DNA of 64,000 nucleotides from Octopus sinensis (taxonomy: Eukaryota), in assembly GCF_006345805.1 (NCBI RefSeq), contig NC_043004.1:104656001-104720000 (forward strand), written 5' to 3'. The position numbers and the translations under genes were made by a program. Under the pieces are notes generated by a model, which was not told the origin of the DNA, searched no databases, and saw nothing but the letters and a program-made list of their open reading frames with translations. Positions 63,448 through 64,000 of the stretch are shown piece after piece (positions within the stretch are counted from its first letter, which is position 1; the number at the start of each line of letters is the position of its first letter).

Positions 63448-64000
63448 ATGTTTAAGTACTCAAGGTTACTGCAGGACGATAGATTAATGGAAAGAGAAGT
63501 AAGAGAGAATGTCTCAATAGAGTACAAGAGAAGGGTTAAGGCGTTCGCAACAAAACTGAATGGAGGGAATGTTATCAATGCTAGTATTAAGATATTCTGC
63601 TTCTATTCTAAAATGGACAAAGGCAGAACTACAGGAATTTGATAGAAGAATTTGGAAGATGCTCACAATATACAAAACACGCCATACTAATTGTAATATC
63701 GACTTTTAGTGCATTGTAATGTTAACCGAGTGCATAGATTCAAAGTGACAGAAAAGTGGCGTGAACACAGATCTTAATAACTGATCAAATTATTGAAGCA
63801 AGTAGACCAGATATGATTATAGAGGACATAGAGACAACTACTGTAAGAGCATTAAGATCATAGATTTTACAGTACCATGCAATAATAGAGTGGATACCAG
63901 AGAAGTTGAGAAAATTGATAAAGAGATTGTAGAAAACAAAGGTGATTATCGTTCCTCTGGTAATGGTTACTCTTAACATCACACCTAAACTGGTTTGGCT
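63448..64000 (+). mobile_element. Old R4/Dong-type LINE remnant
   Basis: FKYSRLLQDDRLMEREVRENVSIEYKRRVKA, LKWTKAELQEFDRRIWKMLT and SRPDMII...DFTVPCNNRVDTREVEKI parallel the 58.7-60.4 kb element, with large deletions. Confidence 0.65.

Overview
AT-rich, repeat-saturated eukaryotic DNA. The SINE families, microsatellite density and LINE types look like a coleoid cephalopod (Octopus-like) genome; that assignment is an inference. No host protein-coding gene is securely identified; there is one weak candidate exon near 46.5 kb. Most ORFs in the supplied track are microsatellite translation artefacts. The main signal is RNA structure. Positions 1-4394 hold about 8.25 tandem copies of a ~533-bp unit, and every full unit carries a type I hammerhead ribozyme motif on the minus strand (retrozyme or Penelope pLTR-like ribozyme satellite). 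A ~2.2-kb foldback at 52.8-55.0 kb carries two outward-facing minimal hammerhead motifs, and several short (TA)n-flanked repeats carry hammerhead-like motifs with a variant core. The window also contains a near full-length L1/Tx1-type LINE (33.75-39.7 kb) and an internally deleted relative (61.8-63.4 kb), whose 3' terminal motif is shared with a tRNA-derived SINE family. Other elements are chained R4/Dong-type LINE fragments in (TAA)n repeats, a deleted Tc1/mariner element, Helitron and hAT remnants, MITE/foldback elements, a 5S rRNA pseudogene and many SINE copies. Scattered 1-bp indels suggest imperfectly polished long-read sequence, so single frameshifts need caution.
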